Shown: positions 28,446 through 39,333, counted from the first letter of the stretch. The stretch is DNA of 64,000 nt from an uncultured Alphaproteobacteria bacterium (GCA_944393665.1 CALYAX010000005.1:20611-84610), one strand, 5' to 3'. Made by a program: numbers and translations. The notes: generated by a model not told the origin, from the letters alone.

Positions 28446-29702
28446 CTAAAATACCGATGCGTGCTGCATGTTCTCGAAATAACGGTCAATGGCATTGACC
28501 GCCGATTTAGCCAGGCGGGCGCGGTAATCCCGGCGCTGAAGCTGTTTTTCCTCAGTCCGGTTGGAAAGATATCCCAGCTCCATCAAAACCGACGGAACAT
28601 CAGGCGCTTTTAAAACCGCAAAACCGGCAAAACGGTGGGTATTTTGCAGCGTGTGGGTCGATTTGCGCATTTCGGAAGCAATAAAAGTCGCCAGCTCGGC
28701 CGAGCGGTTCATGGTTTCGCGCTGGGCCAGATTGAGCAGAATGTCGGAAACTTCTTTGGAATGCTCGGCAAAATTCAGCCCGGCAACAATGTCTGCTTTG
28801 TTTTCTTTCTCAGCCAGGGCCGCAGCCTCTTTATCGGAAGCCCGTTCTGACAGCGTATAGACAGAAAGCCCCGTGGCACGGCGATTTTTAGCGCTGTCCG
28901 CATGAATTGAGAGGAAAATATCGGCGTCATATTTACGGGCAATTTTAACACGGTCACGCAAAGGGATAAAGATATCCCGGTTACGGGTCAAATAAACCTT
29001 GTAGTTCCGGTTTTTCTCCAGCTGGGCTTTTAATTCTTTGGCCATTGACAGCGTAATATTTTTTTCATAGACGCCGGATACCCCGATTGCCCCGGGATCA
29101 ACACCGCCATGGCCGGGGTCAAGAACAATGATTTTTTTGCTTTTGGCCGAAGACAAAACTGCCTTGGGAGAAGATGACGCCGCGGTTTTAACCGCCCGTT
29201 TTTCCTGGGAATAGCTGTCATTGCTGAAGGCATGGTCATTACCGACTTTGGCATTAAACTCACGCTCGGAGGCAATTTCCAAATCAATCACGAACCGCCA
29301 GCTGAAATTGCTTTGCGGGGGAAGCATAAAAACTTTTTTTATTATCACCGGTTTTTTAAGGTCAAAAACAATCCGCACCCCGTCCACACCCGCCGAACCC
29401 AGGCGGATTCCGCTGATAAAATTACCCAGTTCGCGCACTTTTTCTACCGAGGGGTTAATATCGGCATTATGCGTATCCACAACAAGGCGGCGCGGTTCGG
29501 TAAGAAGAAAGACCTTATAATCAAACTGCGAATCGGCATCAAAAACGACGCGGATATTTCCGATCCCCTGGCCGACGCGCATTGAACTGACCGAGGCGGA
29601 GGCAAAGGCATTTCCGGTATAAAAAAACAGGGCCAAAACTGCCATAACAGACAGTACCCGGCGGGATATAAACCGAAATATCTGCGGTATAATTCTCTGC
29701 AT
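28446..29702 (-). CDS. amiC: N-acetylmuramoyl-L-alanine amidase (AmiC-type, with AMIN domain)
   Basis: 418 aa with signal peptide and Amidase_3 motifs (IVLDPGHGG, E...). Confidence 0.85.
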   Translation of the reverse strand: MQRIIPQIFRFISRRVLSVMAVLALFFYTGNAFASASVSSMRVGQGIGNIRVVFDADSQFDYKVFLLTEPRRLVVDTHNADINPSVEKVRELGNFISGIRLGSAGVDGVRIVFDLKKPVIIKKVFMLPPQSNFSWRFVIDLEIASEREFNAKVGNDHAFSNDSYSQEKRAVKTAASSSPKAVLSSAKSKKIIVLDPGHGGVDPGAIGVSGVYEKNITLSMAKELKAQLEKNRNYKVYLTRNRDIFIPLRDRVKIARKYDADIFLSIHADSAKNRRATGLSVYTLSERASDKEAAALAEKENKADIVAGLNFAEHSKEVSDILLNLAQRETMNRSAELATFIASEMRKSTHTLQNTHRFAGFAVLKAPDVPSVLMELGYLSNRTEEKQLQRRDYRARLAKSAVNAIDRYFENMQHASVF

Positions 29703-30186
29703 AAAACCCTTCTATTCCTCTGTACGGTTTGATTATACAAAACACAGGTTACTAACTTCTTAAAAAGCAGGGGAATTTAATTTTTTATATTGTGTTTTAA
29801 AACAAAATGTATATGCTGATGGTGATTTGTATAAATTCTTGTATCGAATGAGGTCTTTTTTAAGGAAAATTAAAGGAAATTGCAAGACCAAAATTGGGTA
29901 CCGCCGTTTTATCATTGAGAAAAATGTGCATTATACAAAGACTTAGGCAACAAGATTTGGCCGGACGGGTTTTATGCGTGGCTGCTTGATTAGGCAATGA
30001 ACAAGTTCTACAAAACAGCTGCGGAATTGAAGAAAAAGACGTTAAAAGCAGGCGCAATGCGCTGATAAATCGTCATTACTGCGGCGAAGGAGAATCGCTC
30101 CTTCAGCCGAACGAATCTTTAAACACCCCTCCGGTAATTTAATTATCCCGTTCCGTAAACCGGAACGGCTGTGAGGAATGTAATTT
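29703..30186 (+). promoter_or_regulatory. Long (approx. 480 nt) structured 5' leader of rne, probably autoregulatory
   Basis: No ORF was found. Hairpin CGTTCCG-taaa-CCGGAACG sits just before the SD GAGGAA. Long rne leaders are typical. Confidence 0.4.
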
Positions 30187-32856
30187 ATGATTAAAAGAAT
30201 GTTAATTGACGACACCCAGCCCGAAGAAACCCGGGTGGTGGTGATTAACGGCAACAAGCTGGAAGATGTTGAGTACGAGACCCGCTACCGCCGCCAAATT
30301 AAAGGCAATATTTACCTCGGAAAAGTCATGCGGGTTGAACCGTCGCTGCAGGCCTGCTTTGTCGATTACGGCGGCAACAAACACGGATTTATGGCCTTTG
30401 GCGAAATCCACCCCGATTACTACAATATTCCCCAGGAAGAACTTGATGCGCTTGACAAAGAAGTTGATGAAATCATCGAGCGCAAAAAACAAGCTTTAAA
30501 AGACCGCGAAGCCGAGCGGGAAAGGATCCGTCAGGAAAAAGCAGCCGCCCGGGAAGAGGCGCTGCGCCGCCGGGAAGAAAAAGCCCGGGAAGAAGCCGCT
30601 GCCAAAGCTGCCGCGGAAACACAGGGGCAAAATGCTGAAGACACTGCTGTTCCGGCTGAGGAAAAAACCGGACAGGCCGCCGCCTCTTCAAACGAATCCC
30701 CGGTTGAAAATATTCCGGCAGAATCTGCGGTCCAAGAAGAAAACACTGAAGAAAATTCCGATAAAAAACATGCCCCCAAAAAGCGCCTGCTGAAAAAGCG
30801 CCACCGCAAAGAGCAACAGGTGACTGAAGATGTTCCGGCTGTTACAGAAGACGAGCACCGGGCAGGAGAAGTTTCCGCAGAAACGGCCCAGGTAACCGCC
30901 GAAGAGAAAAAGACGGAAAATAAACCCGCAGAGAAAAAAACTGCCGGTAAAAAAACCACCGCGGAGCAAACTCTTTCTGAAAATGCGACAGCTGACGAAA
31001 AACCGCTGAAAGTCATGAGCGAAAGTATCGGCACGGAAGAAGAAACCGTCAGCGAGGAAGTTGACCAGCGCCGTCCGGCTTTTGAAGGCGGTGATGACGA
31101 GATTGATGATGACGATGAAGACCTGGAGATGGACTTTGAGCTGCAGCGCAAACTGCTGCGCGCCCGCAAGCTGTTTCACCGCAGCAAAATCCAGGACGTG
31201 ATTAAAGAAGGACAGATTTTGCTGGTTCAAGTGGTTAAGGAAGAACGCGGCAACAAAGGGGCAGCCCTGACGACTTATCTGTCGCTGGCCGGCCGTTATT
31301 GCGTGCTGATGCCCAACCGCATCAAAAGTGGCGGCGTATCGCGCAAGATTACCAATGCTGCCGACCGTACCCGTTTGAAAAATATTGTTAAAGAACTGCC
31401 CCTGACGGCTGACATGTCGATTATTGTCCGTACCGCGGGGGAAGAAAAGACCAAAGCTGACATTGTCCGTGACTACAATTATCTGATCCGGGCCTGGAAC
31501 CAGATCCGCCTTAATTCCCTGCGCTGCAAAGCCCCGGCCCTGATTCACGAAGAAGGCGACCTGATTAAACGGGCGCTGCGCGACATTTATACCAAAGAAG
31601 TGTCGGAAATTATTGTAGCGGGCGATGAGGCTTTCAAGGCGGCAAAAGAGTTTTTCAAAATCCTGTCCCCGCACAGTCTTAAAAAGATTAAAGCCTATCG
31701 CAATAACGACATGCCTTTATTCCAGCGTTTTCAGGTTGAAGGACAGCTGGATAAACTGCACGAAGCCAATGCACAGCTGGAATCCGGCGGTTATCTGGTA
31801 ATTAACCCCACCGAGGCGCTGGTTTCAATTGACGTCAACTCCGGCCGGGCCACCAAAGAAAAAGATTTGGAAGAAACAGCTCTCAAAACCAATTTGGAAG
31901 CTTGTGATGAAATTGCCCGCCAGCTGCGGATGCGCAACCTGGCCGGGCTGGTTGTAATCGACTTTATCGATATGGACGAACCGGCCAACAACCACGCTGT
32001 TGAAAAACGCATGAAAGAAGCGCTGAAAAAAGACCGCTCGCGTATTCAGGTCGGCAAGATGAGCATGTTCGGCCTGTTGGAGCTGTCGCGGCAAAGAATG
32101 CACTCTTCCTTTATGGAAAGCAACTATCAGATCTGCCCGCATTGCCAGGGCAAAGGAATGGTTCGCACGACCGAATCCTGCGCAGTTTATGTTCTGCGCG
32201 GCATTGAGGAGGAAGGCATTAAAGGCCGTTCCAGCCGGATTAATGTTTTTGTCCCTGCCGATACGGCAATCTATCTCTTAAACCAGAAACGGCAGACGCT
32301 GATTAACATGGAACAGAAATACAAAATGGAAGTGATTATCAGCGCGGACAACAGTATCCAATGCATTTCCGACTACCGGATAGAAAGGACAAAGAGCGTT
32401 AAAGAAGACAAAGCGGCTGCAGAAGCTGATAAAACCGTATCGGCGGCAGCAGAAAGCTGTTTCAACGATGAGAACGCCAAAGAATCTGAAACCGTTGATA
32501 ACATTATGACAGAAACGGTTGAAGCCACCGGATCCGCCGAAAAAAACAATAGCGGAAACGGCGTGGCAAACAATAACGGAAATGCCGACGGCAGTTACCG
32601 CAATAACAACCGCCGCCGCCGTGACCGGGGCGGACGCCGCCGCGGGCGCGACCGATTTGAACGCCGCAATAACAACGGCACAAGTAACAACGGCTCCGAA
32701 AACGGCGCGGCTGCCGAAACTGCCCCCAAACCCGTGCAGGAAGCCGTGATCTTGTATAACAGCCACGAAGATATTAAATCTAAACCGGACTCTGCTGCAG
32801 AAGAAAAACCGGTAAAGGAAAAATCAACTTGGTGGAAAAAACTTATCAAAGGCTGA
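30187..32856 (+). CDS. rne: ribonuclease E
   Basis: 889 aa with S1 domain, DNase I-like catalytic region (DFID) and Zn-link CPxCxGxG. It has a large Arg/Glu-rich insertion and an RRRR C-terminus. Confidence 0.9.
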   Translation: MIKRMLIDDTQPEETRVVVINGNKLEDVEYETRYRRQIKGNIYLGKVMRVEPSLQACFVDYGGNKHGFMAFGEIHPDYYNIPQEELDALDKEVDEIIERKKQALKDREAERERIRQEKAAAREEALRRREEKAREEAAAKAAAETQGQNAEDTAVPAEEKTGQAAASSNESPVENIPAESAVQEENTEENSDKKHAPKKRLLKKRHRKEQQVTEDVPAVTEDEHRAGEVSAETAQVTAEEKKTENKPAEKKTAGKKTTAEQTLSENATADEKPLKVMSESIGTEEETVSEEVDQRRPAFEGGDDEIDDDDEDLEMDFELQRKLLRARKLFHRSKIQDVIKEGQILLVQVVKEERGNKGAALTTYLSLAGRYCVLMPNRIKSGGVSRKITNAADRTRLKNIVKELPLTADMSIIVRTAGEEKTKADIVRDYNYLIRAWNQIRLNSLRCKAPALIHEEGDLIKRALRDIYTKEVSEIIVAGDEAFKAAKEFFKILSPHSLKKIKAYRNNDMPLFQRFQVEGQLDKLHEANAQLESGGYLVINPTEALVSIDVNSGRATKEKDLEETALKTNLEACDEIARQLRMRNLAGLVVIDFIDMDEPANNHAVEKRMKEALKKDRSRIQVGKMSMFGLLELSRQRMHSSFMESNYQICPHCQGKGMVRTTESCAVYVLRGIEEEGIKGRSSRINVFVPADTAIYLLNQKRQTLINMEQKYKMEVIISADNSIQCISDYRIERTKSVKEDKAAAEADKTVSAAAESCFNDENAKESETVDNIMTETVEATGSAEKNNSGNGVANNNGNADGSYRNNNRRRRDRGGRRRGRDRFERRNNNGTSNNGSENGAAAETAPKPVQEAVILYNSHEDIKSKPDSAAEEKPVKEKSTWWKKLIKG

Positions 32857-34208
32857 TTACCAGCCCGCATTACTTTTTGAAAAGGCTAATTACCGGTATT
32901 TTGCCGGGATTAGCCTTTTTGGCATTAAGTTTTTCCGCAGCCAGGGCGCAAAGCATCAGCCTGATTTCCGATGAAGAAAGCGAGCAGCTGCTGGCCGATA
33001 TTGCACGGCCGCTGTTTCACGCGGCTAATCTCCGGTTTGACCGCGGCAATATTTACCTGGTCAATGATCCGTCGCTGAATGCTTTTGTCGCCGACGGCAA
33101 CGGGCTGTTTATTCATACCGGAACGATTTTAGCCGCCGACAGCCCCAATGAGCTGGCGGGAGTAATTGCCCATGAAACCGGGCATATTGAAGGCGGACAT
33201 ATTCTGCGCCAAAAACTCAAAGCCAAAGAGATGTCGCAAATTTCTCTGGTATCGGCGCTTCTGGCAGGAACTGCCGCTGCGGTCAGCGGACGCGGCGATG
33301 CTGCCATGGCAGTTCTTCTGGGCTCTCAGAGTTCGGCTCTGACCCACTATACCCGTTACCGCACCCAGGAGGAACGCTCAGCCGACGAGGCAGCTCTCAA
33401 ACTGCTGGCGGCAACCGGGCAAACCCCGCAGGGAATGCTGACTTTTATGAAACGGATTAATCAGAACAATGTTTTGAACGGAAGAGAAGAAACGCCGTAT
33501 TTTCGTACTCATCCGATTACTCAGGAACGCATCAGTTTTTTTGAACAAGCCGTTAAAAATCCGCCTTCCGGCCCCGCGGATCCACGACAGGAAAAATTTG
33601 ACCGGGTCAAAGCCAAATTATATGCTTTTTTAAACAGCCCGGAACAGACATTTTCAAAATATCCCGCCGCAGACAAATCCGTTGCCGCCGGTTATGCCCG
33701 GGCAATAGCCCGGTTTAAGCAGCTGAAATTTGCCGCCGCGCAGAAAGAAATGGACGAACTGATAAAAAAAGAGCCCGGCAATCCTTTCTTTCATGAGTTG
33801 AAAGGGCAGATTTTTCTGGAAAGCGGACAGATTAAATCCGCAGCCCGGGAATATGAAAAAGCTCTGGCACTGCTGCCGTCCTCTCCGCTGCTGCAGGAAA
33901 GCGCGGCACAGGCTATCTTGGAAAACAACCCTACTCCACTGGAAGTCCAAAAAGCGGTCAACCTGCTTAATAAAGCATTGCTGCGGCGCCCTAATGCAGG
34001 AGCCTGGCTGCTGCTGTCAAGAGCTTACGGCTTGAAAGGAGATGAGGCCTCAGCCGCTTATGCCGCCGCAGAATTCAGCCTGGGCATCGGAGCCAGAGAT
34101 ACCGCTGAACGGCAGGCTTTGCAGGCCAGAAAACAAACAGACGCCAGGGCCTTGAAACTTAAAATTGACGACCTTCTGATCCGGATTAAAGACCTTAACG
34201 AAAAGTAA
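32829..34208 (+). CDS. M48-family metallopeptidase with C-terminal TPR repeats (BepA-like)
   Basis: HETGHIEGGH (HExxH) motif, a signal peptide and TPR-like C-terminal half. Confidence 0.7.
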   Translation: MVEKTYQRLITSPHYFLKRLITGILPGLAFLALSFSAARAQSISLISDEESEQLLADIARPLFHAANLRFDRGNIYLVNDPSLNAFVADGNGLFIHTGTILAADSPNELAGVIAHETGHIEGGHILRQKLKAKEMSQISLVSALLAGTAAAVSGRGDAAMAVLLGSQSSALTHYTRYRTQEERSADEAALKLLAATGQTPQGMLTFMKRINQNNVLNGREETPYFRTHPITQERISFFEQAVKNPPSGPADPRQEKFDRVKAKLYAFLNSPEQTFSKYPAADKSVAAGYARAIARFKQLKFAAAQKEMDELIKKEPGNPFFHELKGQIFLESGQIKSAAREYEKALALLPSSPLLQESAAQAILENNPTPLEVQKAVNLLNKALLRRPNAGAWLLLSRAYGLKGDEASAAYAAAEFSLGIGARDTAERQALQARKQTDARALKLKIDDLLIRIKDLNEK

Positions 34209-34264
34209 ATTTTGTCCAAATTTGTGTTGCATTCGCAGGCAAGATAAATTATAATAAGCTTACT

Positions 34265-36250
34265 TTGAGCTTTTATAAGGACGAGGTTATGGCCTATTAC
34301 ACCCGCGAAGAAATCGATCAGTTTGTTGAAGAATATATTGCCCGGCAAAAGACGGAAGATTCCGCTTATGTTTCTGCCGAAAACGGGGCAGCCCAGGCTG
34401 AGCTTATCAAAAAATATGAGCGGACAGGGCGCCGGCAGTTTATTTTTAATCTTTATATGAAGGGCGGAATAGACGAGTTTACCCTGAAGCCTTCTGAACT
34501 CAGCACGATGGCCAAAGATTTCGGGTATGGCAAAGGTATATATGGTTACGGAGAAATCCCGAACTTTAATATCGGTGAATATAACGCGGTTACGAAGCGG
34601 CTTAACGAGGCCATGCTGAAAAAAATTGACGGTTTGGCCCCCGAAGCTTCAGCAGACCAGATTATACGCCAGGCTCCTTTTCTGGAGATGCTGCATGATA
34701 ACCGTTTCTCTTTAGACGAGCGTTACGAACCGGTTTTAGAACAGTTTAAAAAGAAGGTTGACGATTATTTTGCAGAGATTGACAGCTTAAGCCAGGGTCC
34801 GGAAAAAAATGAAAAAACCCGCGAAACGAAGCCGAAAACTACTTCTGAAAAAGTTCATTCCGGCGAAGAAAAATCCCGCCAAAAAACTCCGGCTGGGCGG
34901 GAGGTTTGGCTTAATGCGGAAGAGTTTAACCTGTTGCGCCGGCTGACAAGCCGGGAAGAAAAAGCCACTAACGGCGAATTGCTGCACAAAGCGGAAAAAG
35001 CCGCTTTGGAAATTGCCCAAAAGTACGAGCGGCAAAAACGTACAATCCTGGCGTCAAAAATCAGCGCCGCCTTTTTAAAACGGTTTGTGGTCATGGCCGT
35101 TTGCAATAAAAAAATCAATCAATGGAAATTGAACGAAGCTGACAAACAACTGATGCTGGACTTTATTTCTTCAACCATTAAAGTAAAAAAACTGGACGAA
35201 GAAAGGGCTGAACGGGTTAAAGGCTGGATTCAGGAAGCGATTGAAGGACGACGTGCAAAACCGGGACCCAAAGAGCGGAAAAAGATCTCCCGGAAAGAAA
35301 CCTCCGCCCGGGAACAACTGGTCGCCGTTATCAGTCTTGGCACTTCTAAAGCGGGAGATTTTCAACAGGAAGCGGAAAATGAAGAGACCGGCTCGCTTCC
35401 GGAAACCGTTATACCTGCCGGACGGCCCCGGGAAGATGATGACCGGATTTATGATGATGAAGACCAGCCGCAGGTTAATCCGTCTTCAAAAGATCAAACG
35501 GAAAAATCAGGGGAAGATGCTGCTGTTTCCAAAGATGATGAAGCGACTAAAAAGAAAGACAGGCAAATTTATTCTATTCGTTCGATTATAGAAAAAAATT
35601 TCACAGAGGAAAAAATTGCCGTCAAACCAGTGGTTTCTGTTGATAAAAAAGACGTCATTTACGATTTGTACCCGGTCGGAAAAACCGTTGACGAAGCTCC
35701 GGCCAACGGGCAGGTTATTTTCCGCAAACCCAATGATGCCATTCTCATTAGTGAAGATATCCATCATTATATCGGACTGGTTAAAACCCTATATGACAAC
35801 GGCTGCCGCAGCTTAAAAATCGGGGATCTTTCCGATGACAAAGAAAAAAATCTCCGTTTTAAGGCGGCGCTGGTGGTTGCGGGAGCCAGCAGGGGTATGC
35901 CGGTAGAGGGACTGGAAACCTCAGAACAGCTGGAAGAATTGAAAGCTTATAATCCCAAAATCGAACTTTTGATTGAAAAACGCAAACTGCGCCAGGAAAT
36001 GAAAGACCTTCGGACACAGCTGGAATCCGCCAGGAAGGAAGGTAAGGACACCGCGGCGCTGGAAGCACAAATTCAGGATAAAATTGCCGAAGGGATTGCA
36101 AAACATATTGAAAAAGGATCTGTCGACCCGGTTTCTTCCCAAGACCGGGCTGCACGCCTTAAAGCTGCGGAAAATGCGGGAAAAATAGCCAATCCGGTTC
36201 AGGCCGCGGTTATTCAAAAGGCCTTGAACAGGGTGCAGGGCAAATCATAA
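34265..36250 (+). CDS. hypothetical highly charged coiled-coil protein (661 aa; alternative start 34289)
   Basis: Lys/Glu-rich with no signal peptide and no recognised motif. Confidence 0.45.
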   Translation: MSFYKDEVMAYYTREEIDQFVEEYIARQKTEDSAYVSAENGAAQAELIKKYERTGRRQFIFNLYMKGGIDEFTLKPSELSTMAKDFGYGKGIYGYGEIPNFNIGEYNAVTKRLNEAMLKKIDGLAPEASADQIIRQAPFLEMLHDNRFSLDERYEPVLEQFKKKVDDYFAEIDSLSQGPEKNEKTRETKPKTTSEKVHSGEEKSRQKTPAGREVWLNAEEFNLLRRLTSREEKATNGELLHKAEKAALEIAQKYERQKRTILASKISAAFLKRFVVMAVCNKKINQWKLNEADKQLMLDFISSTIKVKKLDEERAERVKGWIQEAIEGRRAKPGPKERKKISRKETSAREQLVAVISLGTSKAGDFQQEAENEETGSLPETVIPAGRPREDDDRIYDDEDQPQVNPSSKDQTEKSGEDAAVSKDDEATKKKDRQIYSIRSIIEKNFTEEKIAVKPVVSVDKKDVIYDLYPVGKTVDEAPANGQVIFRKPNDAILISEDIHHYIGLVKTLYDNGCRSLKIGDLSDDKEKNLRFKAALVVAGASRGMPVEGLETSEQLEELKAYNPKIELLIEKRKLRQEMKDLRTQLESARKEGKDTAALEAQIQDKIAEGIAKHIEKGSVDPVSSQDRAARLKAAENAGKIANPVQAAVIQKALNRVQGKS

Positions 36251-36267
36251 GCAAAGTGCACGGCAAA

Positions 36268-36302
36268 TAAAAAAAATGCGGCTTGCAGCCGCCGCATTTT
36301 TC
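36268..36302. terminator. Bidirectional rho-independent terminator between 34265..36250 (+) and mrp (-)
   Basis: AAAATGCGGC-ttgcagcc-GCCGCATTTT. Confidence 0.75.
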
Positions 36303-37298
36303 TTAGTTCAGTTCGTTAATTATCTTTTGGGCAATCTCACCGTAAGCCCGGGCATATGTACCTTCCGGTTCGGCATAGACAATCGGCGTCCCGTTATCAG
36401 CATGGGTACGGATATCAATATGCAGCGGAATTTCTCCCAAAAACGGAACCCCGAGCTCCGCTGCCGTAACCTGAGCCCCGGCGTGGCCGAAAATATCGGC
36501 GCGGGTACCGCATTGCGGGCAAACATAATAGCTCATATTTTCAATAATACCCAGAATCGGCACATTTACCTTTCGGAACATATTCACCCCTTTTACCGCA
36601 TCAATCAGGGCAATATCCTGCGGCGTCGATACGATGACCGCCCCTGCAAAATCAAGTTTCTGCGATAAAGTGATCTGGATATCGCCGGTGCCGGGAGGCA
36701 TATCAATAACCATGATATTAATTTCACCCCAGTTGACCTCGGTCAAAAGTTGTTCAATCGCTCCGCAGGCTTTGGCACCGCGCCAGATCAGCGGCACCGA
36801 TTTATCAATCAGCGTCCCGATGGACATTGATTTCAAACCGAGATACTCAAACGGCTGGAAGGTTTTTCCGTCATAAGAAACCGGGGCGACGCCCTCATAA
36901 CCCAGCATGGTGGGAATTGACGGACCGTAAATATCGGCATCAAACAAGGCGACTTTTTTACCCTGACGCGCCAAAGCCATTGCCAGGTTAACCGCAGTGG
37001 TCGATTTGCCGACGCCACCCTTGCCGGAAGCCACGGCGATGATTTTCCTAACTCCGGGGACATTCCATTTGCCGTCTTCAGGCTTCAGGGGCTGAGGAGC
37101 CTTTTCTGCGGTGTGGATGATGGAAACTTTATCAATGCCGTCAAGGTCATTAAGCTTGCAGCGCAGATTTTCTTCTGCCGCAGCATCTTCGGGAGCGTTA
37201 ACTAAAGTAATTATCAGGCGGCGCCCAAACTGGCTGATGTTTTCAACCTGATCGGGACGATAAAATTCGGCAACCAGCGAACGGATAGCATTTTCCAT
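36303..37298 (-). CDS. mrp: Mrp/ApbC Fe-S cluster carrier ATPase
   Basis: 331 aa with P-loop GKGGVGKST and the CxxC motif CPQC. Confidence 0.9.
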   Translation of the reverse strand: MENAIRSLVAEFYRPDQVENISQFGRRLIITLVNAPEDAAAEENLRCKLNDLDGIDKVSIIHTAEKAPQPLKPEDGKWNVPGVRKIIAVASGKGGVGKSTTAVNLAMALARQGKKVALFDADIYGPSIPTMLGYEGVAPVSYDGKTFQPFEYLGLKSMSIGTLIDKSVPLIWRGAKACGAIEQLLTEVNWGEINIMVIDMPPGTGDIQITLSQKLDFAGAVIVSTPQDIALIDAVKGVNMFRKVNVPILGIIENMSYYVCPQCGTRADIFGHAGAQVTAAELGVPFLGEIPLHIDIRTHADNGTPIVYAEPEGTYARAYGEIAQKIINELN

Positions 37299-37394
37299 AA
37301 TTTGATGTCCTGTTGATATATCCTAACGATTATTGTTTTATGCTCATATTTATATTATATAATGGTGCAAAGCAATAGAAAAAAGAGGTTGAAA

Positions 37395-38447
37395 ATGGCA
37401 AAAGTTCCAAACCCCTGGGATAATGACGATACTTCCCCATGGAAAGACGAGCAATCCGGCAGCAAAAGCTCCAAAATCGTTGATTTTAAGCATCTTAAAA
37501 AGCCGGAGGGTTTTAATTTCGGCTGGCAGTGGATTATTCTCGCACTGGTTTTAATCTGGCTGGCTTCGGGTTTTTACCAGGTTCAGCCTAATGAACAGGG
37601 CGTGGTGCTGCGTTTCGGGGCTTATGCCGACACGACCGATGCCGGGCTTCACTATCATCTGCCCTACCCCATTGAAACGGTTGAAAAAGTCAACACCACC
37701 CAGGAGCGGAGCATTACCATCGGCGTCACCGAGGCAACCGGCCGTTATAACCGCGATGAAACCAATTCATTTACGGAAAGCCATATGCTGACCGGAGATG
37801 AAAACATCGTCGATATTAACCTTACCATCGTTTGGAGAGTGGAAAATGCCCGCGACTATCTGTTTAATATGCAGAGTCCCGATGAAACTGTCCGGGTGGC
37901 GGCACAGTCGGTTTTGCGCGAAATCGTCGGCCAGTCGGAAATGATGCCGATTATTTCCGGCGACCGCGGCAAAGTCGAAGATGAAACCAAAGCGGAACTG
38001 CAGAAAGTCCTGAACGAGTTTGGTGCCGGAATCACCATTGTGCGCGTAAAACTGCAAAAGGCCGATCCGCCGAAACAGGTGGTTGACGCTTTCAACGAGG
38101 TTCAGCGCGCCAAAGCCGATATGGAACGCTTTAAAAACGAAGCGGAAGCCTACCGCAATGAAATTCTGCCCAAAGCCCGAGGCGAAGCGGCACAGCGCCT
38201 GCAGGACGCCCAGGCTTATAAACAGGCTGTGGTCAACAAAGCCCAGGGCGATGCCGAACGCTTTACTTCGGTTTATGAAGCCTACCGCCAGGGCAAAAAC
38301 GTGACAATCAAGCGCTTGTATTTGGAAACCATGGAAAAAGTGCTGGGACAGTCCAATAATGTGATTATCGATCCCTCGGCCAAAGGTTCCAATGTGGTGC
38401 CTTATCTGCCGCTTAACCAGTTATCCAGTCCGAAAGCAGGAGAATAG
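37395..38447 (+). CDS. hflK: HflK (FtsH protease modulator). The ORF track start 37362 has no SD; ATG 37395 is preceded by GAGG.
   Basis: TM segment, SPFH/band-7 domain and Ala/Gln-rich coiled-coil C-terminus. Confidence 0.85.
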   Translation: MAKVPNPWDNDDTSPWKDEQSGSKSSKIVDFKHLKKPEGFNFGWQWIILALVLIWLASGFYQVQPNEQGVVLRFGAYADTTDAGLHYHLPYPIETVEKVNTTQERSITIGVTEATGRYNRDETNSFTESHMLTGDENIVDINLTIVWRVENARDYLFNMQSPDETVRVAAQSVLREIVGQSEMMPIISGDRGKVEDETKAELQKVLNEFGAGITIVRVKLQKADPPKQVVDAFNEVQRAKADMERFKNEAEAYRNEILPKARGEAAQRLQDAQAYKQAVVNKAQGDAERFTSVYEAYRQGKNVTIKRLYLETMEKVLGQSNNVIIDPSAKGSNVVPYLPLNQLSSPKAGE

Positions 38448-38449
38448 CC

Positions 38450-39328
38450 ATGAGTGACAAAATGAAATTTATCTGGGGCGGAATCGCCGTCGTTATTTTA
38501 TTTGTGCTGGTAAACTCCCTGTATATTGTCCGGCAGACCGAGCAGGCCATTGTCCTGCAGTTCGGCGAACCGGTGCGGGTGGTTAAGGAACCGGGTCTGA
38601 AAGTCAAAATTCCGTTTATTCAGAATGTCGTCTTTTATGACAACCGCCTGCTTAATCTGGATCCGCCGGCCCAGGAAGTTGTTTTGAACGATAAGAAGCG
38701 TCTGGATGTGGACAGTTTTACCCGCTACCGGATTGTCGATCCGCTGCGGTTTTATAAAACCGTACGGACCGAAACCATGGCGCGGAGCAAGCTGGAAGAA
38801 ATCGTCAATTCCTCGGTGCGCAAAATTCTCGGCCGGATTACCCTTCAGGAACTGTTATCGCAGCAGCGCACACAGATTATGGCAGATATCAGCAGCGCGG
38901 TTAAGACCGATGCCGAACAGATCGGCGTCAGTGTTGCCGATGTGCGAATCCGCCGGGCAGATTTGCCGCTGGAAGTTTTGCAGGCGATTAACGCGCGGAT
39001 GAAAGCCGAACGGGAACGCGACGCCAAGGAATTTCGCGCCACCGGCCAGCAGCAGGCCCAGCAAATCCGGGCTGCGGCGGAAAAAGAACGGACAATTATT
39101 ATCGCCGAAGCGGAGAAACAAGCCCAGATAACCCGCGGTGAAGGTGATGAACAGGCTATTGTCATCTGGAATAAAGCCGCCGGGGCCGACCCGCAGTTTT
39201 ATGGTTTTTACCGCTCGCTGGAAGCTTATAAAAATGCTTTAGGCACGCCGGGCAATACCTCGATGGTTTTATCACCGAATGCCGAGTTTTTTGAATATTT
39301 CGGCAAAACGATGAAAAGCGGGAATTAG
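38450..39328 (+). CDS. hflC: HflC (FtsH protease modulator)
   Basis: 292 aa SPFH domain protein immediately downstream of hflK. Confidence 0.85.
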   Translation: MSDKMKFIWGGIAVVILFVLVNSLYIVRQTEQAIVLQFGEPVRVVKEPGLKVKIPFIQNVVFYDNRLLNLDPPAQEVVLNDKKRLDVDSFTRYRIVDPLRFYKTVRTETMARSKLEEIVNSSVRKILGRITLQELLSQQRTQIMADISSAVKTDAEQIGVSVADVRIRRADLPLEVLQAINARMKAERERDAKEFRATGQQQAQQIRAAAEKERTIIIAEAEKQAQITRGEGDEQAIVIWNKAAGADPQFYGFYRSLEAYKNALGTPGNTSMVLSPNAEFFEYFGKTMKSGN

Positions 39329-39333
39329 AGCCG

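Noticed and set aside
30531-31674. Long minus-strand ORFs inside rne (30531..31169, 30688..31674) and similar shadow ORFs inside AsmA (21345..22079 +), cysS (913..1431 +), paralog 2 (44012..44769 -), mutS (54664..55023 +) and others
   Set aside because: They lie entirely within well-supported genes on the opposite strand. Their low-complexity composition (Ser/Ala/Arg runs) is typical of antisense frames of charged or repeat-rich genes.
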